Assembly (NCBI GenBank): GCA_964016885.1
Contig: OZ024744.1
Location: forward strand, 72,726,001 to 72,790,000
Reading direction: 5' to 3'
DNA: 64,000 bases
Source of the DNA: Eledone cirrhosa
Lineage: Eukaryota
Shown piece after piece: positions 1 to 12,440 of the stretch. Positions within the stretch are counted from its first letter, which is position 1. Every line of letters begins with the position of its first letter. The notes under the pieces were generated by a model. It worked only from the letters and a program-made list of their open reading frames with translations. It did no database searches and was not told where the DNA came from. Made by a program: the position numbers and the translations under genes.

Positions 1-1330
1 TAAACCATGTTGAAGGAATATCTATATTAAAATATCAATAAAATTCTAGTTCAGTATATTATTTCTACTAATTACACAAAAGAAATTATTTATTTCATAC
101 CTTTCCACCCATCAATTTCATTAACCCAAGAATTCTTAGTATTTTATTTCCATATTAGATTGCTATGTCAAGGGGGCAGTTTATGTCTAAAACACTGCTT
201 GTTTTAACACCGCCATTATGTCCTTGGATGTCTTTAGCAGAATTGACACTATTATAAGCATGCCAACCAGATTTTGAATTCCTTCCTTAATCAGACGTTT
301 TCTTCTGCAGACATTGACCTACAGATGTTGCATCTGAGTATCAACTGCATGAATCTCATCAGTCTAGTAATGCTTGCAGAATTTATGGTCATCACTGTCT
401 TTCCATTCCCTTATCCACTGGTTAAACCTAAAATGAAACATGCTTTGTTAACATTCATTGTTCTACTGGTATTTTAGTCATTAAATTATTTAAAAGTTTG
501 TAGTTAGAGTTTTAACAAAAAATCTCTGAAATTTATTCATCTCATAATATTTTTTAAACAACATTTATTGCAACCTTTCACGTAATATCTTTAACAGAAG
601 ATAAAAATATAAATGGAAAAAAAAATGAGCAAACCAATAAAAATATAAGCATTTTAATTTAAGATTTAAAATTTCATATTAAATGTTTCCTTTATGCATC
701 CATACCCAACATGTATGTTTTTAAATTCATAATCATAAATAAGGTACCAGTGAATTTTAAATGAGCTTTTGGGTTGAAGAAAACAGCTACAGATGATAAT
801 TATTAATAATATTTTTTTGATAAATTATGCTATTACTTTCTGCTGTGTCATTGCTACCAAACCATAAGAAGGTCAAACTGCATGCATGTAATCAGTTGAA
901 TCTTTTTAATTTATATTTCCGCCCTCTTATTATTTTGTTTCCCCTTTTTTTATTTAATATTCGCAGTTATGTGTATTCGATTTAGAATAAGTACACTGTA
1001 TCCCCACATATCATAAAGGGGGACTAAAACATTGGTACCAGCAAGGACATCCAATCATAAACATTGATTAAAAAAATTGAAAAACGATAATGGAGCCTGC
1101 AAGACTTACTCATACTTTAGCTGGAATATGGTCTTAAAAAGCTTGTTATAAGATTATAAGAATCTGTGTGTATGTGTGTATTTGCATGTACACATGCATG
1201 CACACATACCTCTGTGTATCCAGTTATGAACATGTACACTGTATCTATGTATATTGTAACAGCTGATTAAAAGAGGTTGATACCAGGAATGGCATCTGTC
1301 TGTAAAAGATTGTTCCGAAAGGGCCCTATG

Positions 1331-3304
1331 CTGTCATGAGGCTTGCAATGGAGGCCTGCCATGGCACTTGCAATGGAGACCTGTCATGGCACTTGCAATG
1401 GAGACCTGTCATAGGGCTTGCAATGGAGGTCTGCCGTGGCACTTGCAATGGAGGCCTGTCATGGCACTTGCAATGGAGACCTGTCATGGGGCTTGCAATG
1501 GAGTCCTGCCGTGGCACTTGCAATGGAGTCCTGCCGTGGCACTTGCAATGGAGGTCTGCCATGGCACTTGCAATGGAGGCCTGTCATGGCACTTGCAACG
1601 GAGGCCTGTCATGGCACTTGCAATGGAGACCTGTCATGGGGCTTGCAATGGAGACCTGTCATGGGGCTTGCAATGGAGGCCTGTCATGGGGCTTGCAATG
1701 GAGGCTTGTCATGGGGCTTGCAATGTAAGCCTGTCATGGTGCTTGCAATGGAGGCCTGTCATGGTGCTTGCAATGGAGACCTGTCATGGGGCTTGCAATG
1801 GAGTCCTGTCATGGCACTTGCAACGGAGGCCTGTCATGGCACTTGCAATGGAGACCTGTCATGGGGCTTGCAATGGAGGTCTGCCGTGGCACTTGCAATG
1901 GAGGCCTGTCATGGCACTTGCAATGAAGACCTGTCATGGGGCTTGCAATGGAGGTCTGCCGTGGCACTTGCAATGGAGGCCTGTCATGGCACTTGCAATG
2001 GAGACCTGTCATGGGGCTTGCAATGGAGGTCTGCCGTGGCACTTGCAACGGAGGCCTGTCATGGCACTTGCAATGGAGACCTGTCATGGGGCTTGCAATG
2101 GAGGTCTGCCGTGGCACTTGCAATGGAGGCCTGTCATGGCACTTGCAATGGAGACCTGTCATGGGGCTTGCAATGGAGGCCTGTCATGGGGCTTGCAATG
2201 GAGGCTTGTCATGGGGCTTGCAATGTAAGCCTGTCATGGTGCTTGCAATGGAGGCCTGTCATGGCACTTGCAATGGAGGCCTGTCATGGCACTTGCAACG
2301 GAGGCCTGTCATGGCACTTGCAATGGAGGCCTGTCATGGCACTTGCAACGGAGGCCTGTCATGGCACTTGCAATGGAGACCTGTCATGGGGCTTGCAATG
2401 GAGACCTGTCATGGGGCTTGCAATGGAGGCCTGTCATGGGGCTTGCAATGTAAGCCTGTCATGGGGCTTGCAATGTAAGCCTGTCATGGTGCTTGCAATG
2501 GAGGCTTGTCATGGGGCTTGCAATGTAAGCCTGCCATGGGGCTTGCAATGTAGGCCTGCCATGGCACTTGCAATGGAGACCTGTCATGGCGCTTGGAATG
2601 GAGGCTTGTCATGGGGCTTGCAATGGAGGCCTGTCATGGCGCTTGCAATGGAGGCCTGTCATGGCGCTTGCAATGTAGGCCTGCCATGGCACTTGCAATG
2701 TAGGCCTGTCATGGGGTTTGCAATGGAGGCCTGTCATGGCGCTTGGAATGGAGGCCTGTCATGGCGCTTGGAATGGAGGCCTGTCATGGGGTTTGCAATG
2801 GAGACCTGTCATGGGGCTTGCAATGGAGGCCTGTCATGGCGCTTGGAATGGAGGCCTGTCATGGGGTTTGCAATGGAGGCCTGTCATGGGGCTTGCAATG
2901 AAGGCCTGTAATGGTGCTTGCAATGGAGGCCTGTCATGGGGTTTGCAATGTAGGCCTGCCATGGCACTTGCAATGTAGGCCTGTCATGGGGCTTGCAATG
3001 TAGGCCTGTCATGGGGCTTGCAATGTAGGCCTGTCATGGCGCTTGGAATGGAGGCTTGTCATGGGGCTTGCAATGTAGGCCTATCATGGAGCTTGCAATA
3101 GAGGCCTGTCATGGGGTTTGCAATGTAGGCCTGCCATGGCACTTGCAATGGAGACCTGTCATGGGGCTTGCAATGTAGGCCTGTCATGGCACTTGGAATG
3201 GAGGCTTGTCATGGGGCTTGCAATGGAGGCCTGTCATGGTGCTTGCAATGTAGGCTTGCCATGGGGCTTGCAATGGAGGCCTGTCATGGCACTTGCAATG
3301 GAGG
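1331..3304. repeat. 25-bp minisatellite, about 79 copies, consensus CTGTCATGG(GG/CA)CTTGCAATGGAGGC
   Basis: CTTGCAATG recurs with a 25-nt period (1342, 1367, ...). The overlapping Cys/Trp-rich ORFs are translations of the repeat. Confidence 0.97.
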
Positions 3305-3596
3305 TTATTAAATTAGTATGAATCAAAATAAAACAAAAGTGAATATAACAGTATATATGTGTTTAAAATATCTATCATAATTTCATCGCAGTGGAATTGT
3401 TTGTTTTAACAGCTGATCTCAGTTCAAGTCACTTGCAAAACAAGTACAATTCCAAAATTGAAAGAAGAAAGAAATAGAAGAAAGAGAAAATAGTCAAATA
3501 TAATTTATATTGATATCATATGAGTCTTGTTTTCCGAAAGGGTTGTTCCTTATAGTTTTTGAGGCACTCACAACAGATTCAGTACTGTAGGAAATT

Positions 3597-3912
3597 AAAG
3601 AGCAAATAACTAGATACATAAATGATGTATTATTTTAAAGAATACAATTTATAATAGTAAGAAAAACAATGAGAAAGGAAGAAGTAGTTGAATGAAGAGG
3701 AGGTAAATTCTACACTCATGGCTGGATGGTGTATCTTAGCTGTGCCTTGCAGACAACTGCAAGGCACAGCTAAGATACACCATCCAGCCATGAGTGTAGA
3801 ATTTACCTCATCTTCATTCAACTACTTCTTCCTTTCTCATTGTTTTTCTTACTATTATAAATTGTATTCTTTAAAATAATACATCCTTTATGTATCTAGT
3901 TATTTGCTCTTT
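3597..3912. repeat. Near-perfect palindrome: 156-bp arms, 4-nt loop (ACAA)
   Basis: 3597-3752 is the reverse complement of 3757-3912 with very few mismatches; the ORF track shows mirror-image ORFs on both strands. Confidence 0.95.
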
Positions 3913-4336
3913 GACTGCAATCAATGAAACCTGCTGAATTAGCCATTCTATTTCACAGGGCTCCTTCTCCAGGTGTTATGCCCTCCTCCAGACTTGGTGG
4001 AGGAAAAAAATGGTAGTTGGTGGGTGAGGGGCTGAGGACATTGAAAATCACAATTGCTACCACCACCAAAAGAAAAGGTCTGTTTATACTAGGTGATTAG
4101 TCCTCGTTCTCACCCACTCTATATTGCACGAGGCACCACCTGGTTTTCTGACTGATATGATAGGGTTGGTACTAGAGAAGGGATCACTACATGAATTGTA
4201 TTAGATATTTTAAAATATTGGCAAGGTATAGGCAGGTGTGATCATCATGTGTGGTATGTTGTGAATGAAATAAAGATGATGAAGACATAATGCTAGGAGA
4301 AGGTAATACAAACAATGAATTGCAGAGGATGATGAG

Positions 4337-4638
4337 GATAGAAACAGTGAGGAATGTTGTGAAAAGAAATAGAATGAGACAGTTGAATCAAGTGTTGTGG
4401 AATGATGAATGGGGCTGGATGAAAGAATGATTAGAATAGAAACAGTGACAAATGTTATGAAGAGAAATAGAATGAGATGGCTGAATCATGTGTTGAGGAA
4501 GTATGACAGTGCTTGGGTGATGGGAATAGAGACAGTGATGAATTTTGTGAAGGGAAATGAAATAAATGAGATGCTTGGGTCATATGATGAGGAAGGGTGA
4601 AAGTAATTGGGTGAGTGGAATAGAGCCAGTGATGAATG
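4337..4638 (+). repeat. Degenerate ~90-99-bp tandem repeat derived from the RTE C-terminal coding motif
   Basis: Units start with (G/A)ATAGA(A/G)(A/C)CAGTGA at about 4337, 4436, 4525 and 4618. Translation IETV..VMKRNRMRWLNHVLRK resembles the RTE RLRWYGHVMR motif. Confidence 0.65.
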
Positions 4639-4775
4639 CTGTGTGTGGGCTTAAGACACTAAAGTGGGCCTGGGAAAGGCAGAAGGTTTCTAGAGCATTC
4701 TCTACAAGGGAGCCTAAAATCAACAGGATTAGCACCACTTCAATATGTTTCAACAATAGTAGAAACCAACACTGA

Positions 4776-4956
4776 AATAATTGTTTCTACTTTTGGCACA
4801 AGGCCAGCAATTACCCGATGCATTACTGGTACTTTATTTTATCGACCCCGTAAGTTAACCTCGGTGGGATTTGAACTCAGAATGGCAAGGGCCGTAACTC
4901 TATACGTCAAAGCATGGCGTCCGACCCTCTACCGATACTGCCAATCCACCGCCCTT
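4776..4956 (-). mobile_element. tRNA-derived SINE, family A ((ATT)n tail)
   Basis: On the minus strand: A-box TGGCAGTATCGG, B-box GAGTTCAAATCCC, body GGGGTCGATAAAATAAAGTACCAG; more than 10 copies in the window. Confidence 0.85.
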
Positions 4957-5406
4957 GAAATAATATAGTTATTATATCTTTGCAATAATTACTTAATAAT
5001 TATTAAATGTATTGTTTCTCAAAATTTAAGATGTCATATTTGCATCACCACCCCGCATGCTCATAGCCCCCCCCCCCTCATACCTACACACACACCAATC
5101 ATTGTGGTGCATCTGTTTTTCCATCCTTGCAAGAGTTAGATGAGTCTTTTCCAGGACAGTGACCCTCCACTTGTTGCAGTCCTTTGTCATCCATCTCTTC
5201 TTTGAGTTTCAGTGATTTGGGATCAGTTCTTGCAACATCAGCCCGGGTCTTCCTTCTTCAGCTTCTTTATACTGGGAACTTTTACCATTTCTTCATCCAG
5301 CAGTCATTCTCTCCTGCACACTACGTGCAAATTAGACTGCTCAGCCGTTAATATGCATAAGGAAAGTATATACTTTCAGACGTTCAACCATCTGGCAGGA
5401 AGGTAT

Positions 5407-5449
5407 ACGATGCTGACGATAGCTAATAAGCTTGAAACTAGTACATCGT
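5407..5449 (+). ncRNA. Minimal type I hammerhead ribozyme (canonical core)
   Basis: ACGATG-CTGACGA-t-AGCT-aata-AGCT-t-GAAAC-TA-GTA/CATCGT: 6-bp stem I, 4-bp stem II, palindromic ACTAGT stem III, GUA cleavage triplet. Confidence 0.85.
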
Positions 5450-5666
5450 TCCTGTGTCAGTGTTGAACAAAAAGGTGACGTGGTTGCCTAAACACTGTAC
5501 GGCGTAATTCGGGCTGTTTGTTTGTTTACAAACAAACAAACCGAGCATTATAATAAATGTTCGGTAAACCGATACGTGCATGTATATATGTGTGCATGTA
5601 TGTATATATATACATACTACTGTACGTCTGTATACATATATGTATGTATGTATACATACATACATA

Positions 5667-5698
<32 letters not shown>

Positions 5699-5702
<4 letters not shown>

Positions 5703-6612
5703 GTACAGCAATTACAGGAGAAGTACCTAGCTAACAGTAAACCTCTCTACTTAGCTTTTGTTGACTTGAAGAAGGCCTTTGACAGTCCCATGCACCTTAA
5801 TCTGGTGGGTTCTTAGCAAACTAGGAGTGGAAGAATGGCTTGTGAGAGCTATACAAGCCATGTATAGAGGAACAGTCAACAAGGTTAGAATTAACGATGA
5901 ATATAGTGATGAATTTAGCGTAATAGTAGGGGATCACCATGGCTCCGTTCATAGCCCCCTCCTGTTTATTATTGTCCTACAGGCTATAACAGAGGGGTTT
6001 AAGACTGGTTGCCCATGGGAACTTCTATATGCAGATGATCTCTCGTGCTGAATCCATGGCTGAACTAGAGAGGAAGTTCCAAACATGGAAGCATGACCTT
6101 GAATCAAAAGGCCTTAGAGTCAACTTGTCTAAGACTAAGGTTCTAGTATGTAGAAAGGAGAATAGGGTACAGGTACCCTCTGGGAAATGGCCATACTCAG
6201 TGTGTAGGAAATTTTATGGGTACATAAAAGATGTAGTGGGATCAGAGGTAAGCCATCTAAGAATGTAGATTTTATATGTGGCTGATATTCAGGTACAGTA
6301 AGTAGCAAGGACCCACTGGATGATATCGCCTTCAACTGCCCAGATGGTTCTATAGAAATAGTAGACACCTTTTGTTACCTGGGTGACAAAATCAGCAGTG
6401 GAGGACGGTGCTCTGAAAGTGTAGTAGCCAGAGTTAGAGCATGATGGAAAAAGTTCAGAGAGCTAATACCGCTGTTGGTCACAAGGGGTTTTCCTCTAAA
6501 AATGAAGGGAATATTGTATGATGTATGTATACGAACGGTTCCATCAAACGGAACAAGACTGTCTAACCCAGGTTAGCGTGGAAGATGGACGTTAAACGAT
6601 GATGATGATGAT
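5699..6612 (+). mobile_element. RTE-clade LINE fragment (RT region plus 3' end with (GAT)n tail), frameshifted and internally deleted
   Basis: QLQEKYLA..KPLYLAFVDLKKAFD and PWELLYADDL motifs; homologous to 61190-62060. Confidence 0.9.
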
Positions 6613-6618
6613 ATATAT

Positions 6619-7099
6619 ATCTATCTATCTAGGGTGGGTAAAATTCCCAAGATCCATGGATGAGTTCTCTCCAGCAGTCTCTGTCCCTCATTATCACTGC
6701 CATGTCCTACATCTCCAAGAGACCAGTGTCTGTCCTTAGGGCATCAACATATGTTAACCTCGGTCTTCCTCTTCCAGTGTGTCCATGCAGGGGCTCCCAC
6801 AATAGCACTAAGTGCAGTGTCAACTTTTGGGAGGCTCCTGTACTGCTCTGAGTTCTTCATATGTTTGGGCGCAAACATTGGGAATACGGAAGATGATGTG
6901 GCGTGCCACAGCTTGAGATCGGTGTGGAAGTCGGACCTTCGTAAAGACCTGAAGATCCGCCTCTTCGTTGCTGTAGTGGAGTCTGTGCTGCTGTACGGGT
7001 CTGAGACTTGGACACTGACCAAGAAACTCACTCAGATGGTGGATGGGTGCTACACGAGAATGCTGAGGATGGCTCTGAACATTAATTAGTATACACTGA
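6619..7099 (-). mobile_element. RTE-like LINE (second family, (AGAT)n tail) with a 5' inversion
   Basis: 6619-6860 is the minus-strand 3' end; 6861-7099 is the upstream part on the plus strand ([32 protein letters not shown]). Both match 57326-57715. Confidence 0.85.
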
Positions 7100-10079
7100 T
7101 ATATATATATATGTGTGTGTGTGTATATGTGTATATGTATATGTGTGTAATGTATATATATACATATATCTGTGTGTGTGTGTATACATGTGTATATATA
7201 TATATATATATACATACATGTATCTGTATGTGTTTGTATATATGTATATTTATGAATATATGTATGTATATATATGTCTGTCTGTCTCTCTCTCTCTCTC
7301 ACACACATACATATATTGTTAGATGGCAATAGTGTTGATTTATTAATTGCCATTGTTATGTTTTACTTTAATATGTACATCAGCCCCTACCCCCACCCGA
7401 TCCCATCACTACTTTCTGACTGTAAAGTTGTCATTTCACATAGGGAGACAAGTCAATAGCACTGTCTGTCTGTCAGTCCCCTTGACCCTTATTTTCTCCA
7501 CCATCATATACATTTCCTTCTTTCTCACTCTCCTTCTCTCTCTCTCTCTATCTATCTCTATCTGTCTATCTTTATCTCTTTCTTTTGTTAATAACAGGAC
7601 AATGAAGTTGTAATAATTATTGCTTGACATTAAGGTGGGAAGAGTGAAGGAAAGAGAGAGAGAGTAGTAGAATCAGTAAATTGGTGGACAAAATTCTTTG
7701 TAGTATGTATTTAGTAGTTGTACATGAATATATATATATATATTTTTATATATATATATATATATATATGCAAACACACCCACACCTGTAGGTACATGTG
7801 TGTGTGTGTATGTACACATATGTGCACGCACACACAGACGCACACACACATATATGCAAGCAGGGAAAAGCGGATGTAAAATGATGATGATGATGATATA
7901 TATATATATATATATATAAGGAGCTTGAATGCCCTGAGGTTTATTACAATTGACTTCTACCTTTTTTCCTTGGGAACTTTAAGTCCATATGCCATTGTAT
8001 GAGAAATCAATAATTACTACTTGGCATCAAACATGTTTACTGTTATTCTTATTATTGTTTTACCTCAAGTCATCTCTCATCCATCAGATTTCTCATTGAA
8101 TGTGTACCAGCTATGACCTTCTAAATGTTTAACTCCTTAGCTATCTACCCAGCCACAATGGCTTCCGGTTCTATGAAATAAAGTTTTCCAATTTAAACTA
8201 AAATTTTCCAACATAATTTTATAAAAGAACCTTACATTAATTTACTATCTTAGTAATGAAATAATTAATAGTTTTATTAAATCCTTCAACATTTTTCATT
8301 AATTAATTAAAATAGTGTGTATTTCATTAGAAATGTGGGTCAGGAGGGGTTAGTTTTTTGGTTTTTTTCAGGCATAATGTATCTAAGACTACCAAATGTG
8401 CCCTTCCACTTTTCTCTGTTAGCTTGGGTGGGGCAGGGGGTAGTAGGTAGGTTGAGACCATGTAGAAGCTCCTTGCTTAGTTTGTTGTTAAGGATTTGGA
8501 AGAACTATGATCAAGTGTGTGAAATCAAAATTCTTATCCCTGGATTTGCAATCTAGTGTTTTGTTGTTTTGTTGCAAACATTGCATTGTGTTCCTGTGGC
8601 TCTGTTTGCTCTTTATTAATCTATCTTAGAACTACAACAAGAGTGACTCTTTCCCCTAGACTATGGCTGAAGTAGAAAACTGCCTACTTAAATGCTGTGC
8701 AACATTTAATGATATCACTTTATGTTCTTAGTTCAAACCACACTATGGTTAACTCCTTCCTTTACAATAAATCAAATTGACACCAGTAATTGATTGTAAT
8801 TATTTTAATTAATCGTACATAGCTTCTCAATCAATTTTCCTTCAGCCTAAGGAAAAGAAATTGTTACTATTTCTTAAACTGAAACTGTTTAGTTGGGGAG
8901 GGAAGATCAATGTCCATGGGCTCTATCAGGGCCTCAAAGACTTTTGTGTGGGAGAGAGGTAGGTAGGAATGTAACTTCATACTGGAGACTTTGTCTGAAA
9001 GCTTGTAACAGACTGGACTCTATTAAAAACACACTTGGGGCAGGTAGTGGTGTTAAACCAGGCAACAGTGGAATGTATAACATTTTCTTCACTGACCTCT
9101 TTGTAACTGAGTTTGCAAGTACGCTTATCTCTTGATTAGAACCATTAAGGCAATTTTTGAACCAGTGTATCTGGCAAGAACATGTAGAGATAGGCTATCA
9201 GTGTCTGCAGCTTATCGGCATAGCTGTAAAATATAAAATGTTATAAGGGCATGACGAGTTGAGGCATAAGTAACATTTGACCTAATGCTATCAGAAATCT
9301 TCAAATACTAGTGTACTCATGTCATAAATTCCAGTTCTTTAGAATCAATTTCAATTTCTTCTGTTAAATTTTCCTTATAGTTGTAAAATTCCCCCTTGGT
9401 TTTGGACTATTTATTCTATGCTATCTTTCCATCAATCTTAAGGAAATGTCAAAGTTGTTGAGAAGAAATTGGAATGCAAATATGTTTGTTTGTTTATCTT
9501 TTTTTTTTTTTATTTAAGAAAATATATTATTCGGTTTACATTACCAATTCCACCCATACCTGACCTGACCCCTTAAAAAAAAAAAAAAATTGAAATGAAA
9601 ATGAGTTTCTACATGTTCATAGAAATAGGAGCTACATTGCCCTCAACTCTTACCTTACTGGCTTTAGAAGAAGGATACATTGGATGGTGCTGTTTTAGAA
9701 ATACCAAATGATTGATTGGTCAAGTTTGGAATACCATTTGAGATAGAATTGGTGAGAACAGTACTATCTATATTAAATGAGCTATGCTCAGTAAGATTCT
9801 GTTGAATTTTTTAGAGGACCTTGAAAGACTTCAGATGACTCTTTAGACTATGTTCTGAAATATTAAATGTTCAAATTGTAAACAGGTTTGTTTGGCTTTC
9901 TAGCCCACTATATCTTTCATATCTTCATCTGTAATGCATTGTGTATCATCCCCAACACCACTACCACCACCATTATTCTGGATTGATAGAATAAAGTACC
10001 AATCTAGTACTAAAATGACTTACAAGCTTTGTACCTATATTAGACACAATTATTATTATTATTATTATTGTTGTTATTT

Positions 10080-10500
10080 GGATTGGCAGTATCAGTGGAG
10101 TGTCGGACGCCATGCTTTGCAGCATAGAGTTACGGCCCTTTACTGTCTGAGTTCAAATCCCGCCGAGGTTAACCTTGCCTTTCATCCTTACGGGGTCGAT
10201 AAGATAAAGTACCAGTAATACACTGTGATAATTGCTGGTCTTGTGCCAAAAATAGAAACAATTATTATTATTGGTAAAGTACCAGTAATGTACTGGGTAA
10301 TTGCTGGCCTTGTGCCAAAAGGAGAAACAATTATTATTGGTAGAGCGTCAGATACCATGCTTTGCAACACAGAGTTATGGCCCTTTGCGTTCTGACTTCA
10401 AATCTGCCAAGGTTAACTTTGTCTTTCATCCTTATGGGGTCGATAAAATAATGGGGTAATTGCTGGCCTTGTGCCAAAAGTAGAAACATTATTATTATTA
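10080..10500 (+). mobile_element. Tandem cluster of family A SINE copies and 3' fragments
   Basis: Repeated AAGTACCAGTAAT..GCTGGCCTTGTGCCAAAA..GAAACAATTATT ends. Confidence 0.85.
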
Positions 10501-10544
10501 TCATTATTATTGTTGTGCTATTTTGATTAGCTCGGTTCTATTTC

Positions 10545-11290
10545 TCCATTGGCAATAGATGTTTTCATTGTAGAGAGATAACTCGTCTGAGAATGTGTGC
10601 TGTTCCTAGTAGCCTGATCTTCTGTTGCTCATATTTACTGATCTTGCAGGGAAGGACGCTAAGGTGCAGGCCTGAGGATTTGGGTATTAAACCTAATGCT
10701 CCTATTACCACAGGGATAGTGTTTGTTGTCATCCTTCACATATGGTTGATCTCTATTTCCAGATCTTTGTATTTTGACAGTTTTTTCCATTGCTTTTCCA
10801 TTGTTTCTCAGCTGGTACGGAAATATCTATAAGGTTACATGTCCAATCTGTTTTGTTTTTTATGATGATACTTGGCTTGTTGGCAGCGATTTCTTGCTCG
10901 GTTATCACAGGCATATCCCACAAGATAGTTGTGTTGCCCAGTTTATGATGTTAAAGTTGTATGTTACTATTGGTACTGCTAGACTGTTAATGGCTTTGTA
11001 CTTGTTGCAGGAGTTTAGCTCACTTTTTGTTACCAATCCCAATCTCCTTATGTATTCCTTCTGTATTTTTTCCTTCATACTTGCATGCTGGATTCCATCT
11101 CCTTTATTAACTCCAAGATATTTTTAGAACCCTTCATTGTTAAGTTCCTTTATGGTTGTTTGTTGCTCTATGACAATATCTTTATGGATAGAGAGCAACC
11201 GTCTCTTGAATGTGGCTTTTGCACACTTGTCCAGTCCAAATTCCATATGGATGTCATCACTGAATTGTTTCAGTGTGCAGTAAACCTTCC
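10545..11290 (-). mobile_element. Dong/R4-like non-LTR fragment (RT piece joined to RLE C-terminus), internally deleted
   Basis: Minus-strand peptides FSDDIHMEFGLDKCAKATFK, SKYKDLEIEI, IPVVIGALG and LLGTAHILRR; abuts (ATT)n. Confidence 0.75.
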
Positions 11291-11310
11291 TGCTATCCAT
11301 TATTATTGGT

Positions 11311-11730
11311 GGATTGGCAGTATCGGTAGAGGGTCGGACGCCATGCTTTGACACATAGAGTTATGACCCTTGCCATTCTGAATTTCAAATCCCGCCGAGA
11401 TTAACTTTGCCTTTCATCCTTATGGGGTCGATAAAATAAAGTACCAGTAATACACTGGGTAATTGCTGGCCTTGTGCCAAAAGTAGAAACAATTATTATT
11501 GTTGTTGTTGTTGTTATTATTATTATTAAGGGCAGGGGATTAGCAGAATCATTAGAGCATCGGGCAAAATGCTTTACAGCATAGAGTTACTGCCCTTAAC
11601 ATTCTGAGTTGAAATCTCGCCGAGGTTAGCTTTGCCTTCCATCCTTACAGGGTCAGTAAATAAAGCTCCAGTAATGTACTGGGGTCGATTTAATAAAAAT
11701 TATTGGCTTGCGCCTAAATCAGAAACCACC
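11311..11730 (+). mobile_element. Two tandem family A SINEs
   Basis: GATTGGCAGTATCGGTAGAGGGTCGG..AAATCCCGCCGAG (11311-11500) and a diverged copy (11528-11730). Confidence 0.85.
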
Positions 11731-11754
11731 ATCATCATTATCATTAATATTACT

Positions 11755-12418
11755 ACTACTTTGTCTCATAATGTATATGGGAAATGCACTTGAGTATTTA
11801 ATCATCTGTCAAGTCACAACAAGGACCTCAGACAGATTATACTTTCCCTAAAATGTGCACAGTACCTAGCAAGGCTGATTTTTATATGACACCAATCTTG
11901 CATGGTGTTCCCAACCACTTTAAGAAGTCTTGAAGTTTCAGTGGTATTGACCCTAATGATATGATCACAACTAGTATAACTTTCACATTAGTCTTACCAT
12001 CTCTACTTTCAGAGGACTTAGTGATTTTTTTAAACCTCTTTACTCATAATGTCCATGATATCCTGTGTATTTCTTTCAAACTACCTGTGCATTCTCATTT
12101 CCAGAAGATCTTTTTTCTTCTCTTCAACTCTTTGGTTAAGCTCTTCATCACTGTCTACCAAATATTCTGAAAGCGTTCTCCTTTCACTCCTTATACTGGT
12201 GAGATCTGTAGCATCATTTGTTCTCTTAATGTACACTCAGTTTATAGTTGGTTTAGGGTGTAAATATCTATACAATGTCATTAACTTTCTCGTCATTCTA
12301 TCCAACTTAGCTATTTCTTCTTCAGTCCACCTGAGAATGGACAAACTATATCTAAGCACTGCAACTGCCCAGATATTCATTGCAGTGACTAAATTTCTCA
12401 CATTCAGGTTGGATTATT
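11755..12418 (-). mobile_element. Degenerate Dong/R4-like fragment
   Basis: Minus-strand VVIISLGSIP..KSALLGTVHIL C-terminal motif; flanked by ATT/ACT tracts. Confidence 0.55.
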
Positions 12419-12440
12419 AATTAATTTTTATTCTTTTTAA

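Noticed and set aside
1331-3304. CRISPR-like array
   Set aside because: Units are contiguous with no unique spacers, and the context is eukaryotic.
1336-3321. Long Cys/Trp-rich ORFs (up to 497 aa)
   Set aside because: Translations of a 25-bp minisatellite cycling through three frames; no splice or codon evidence.
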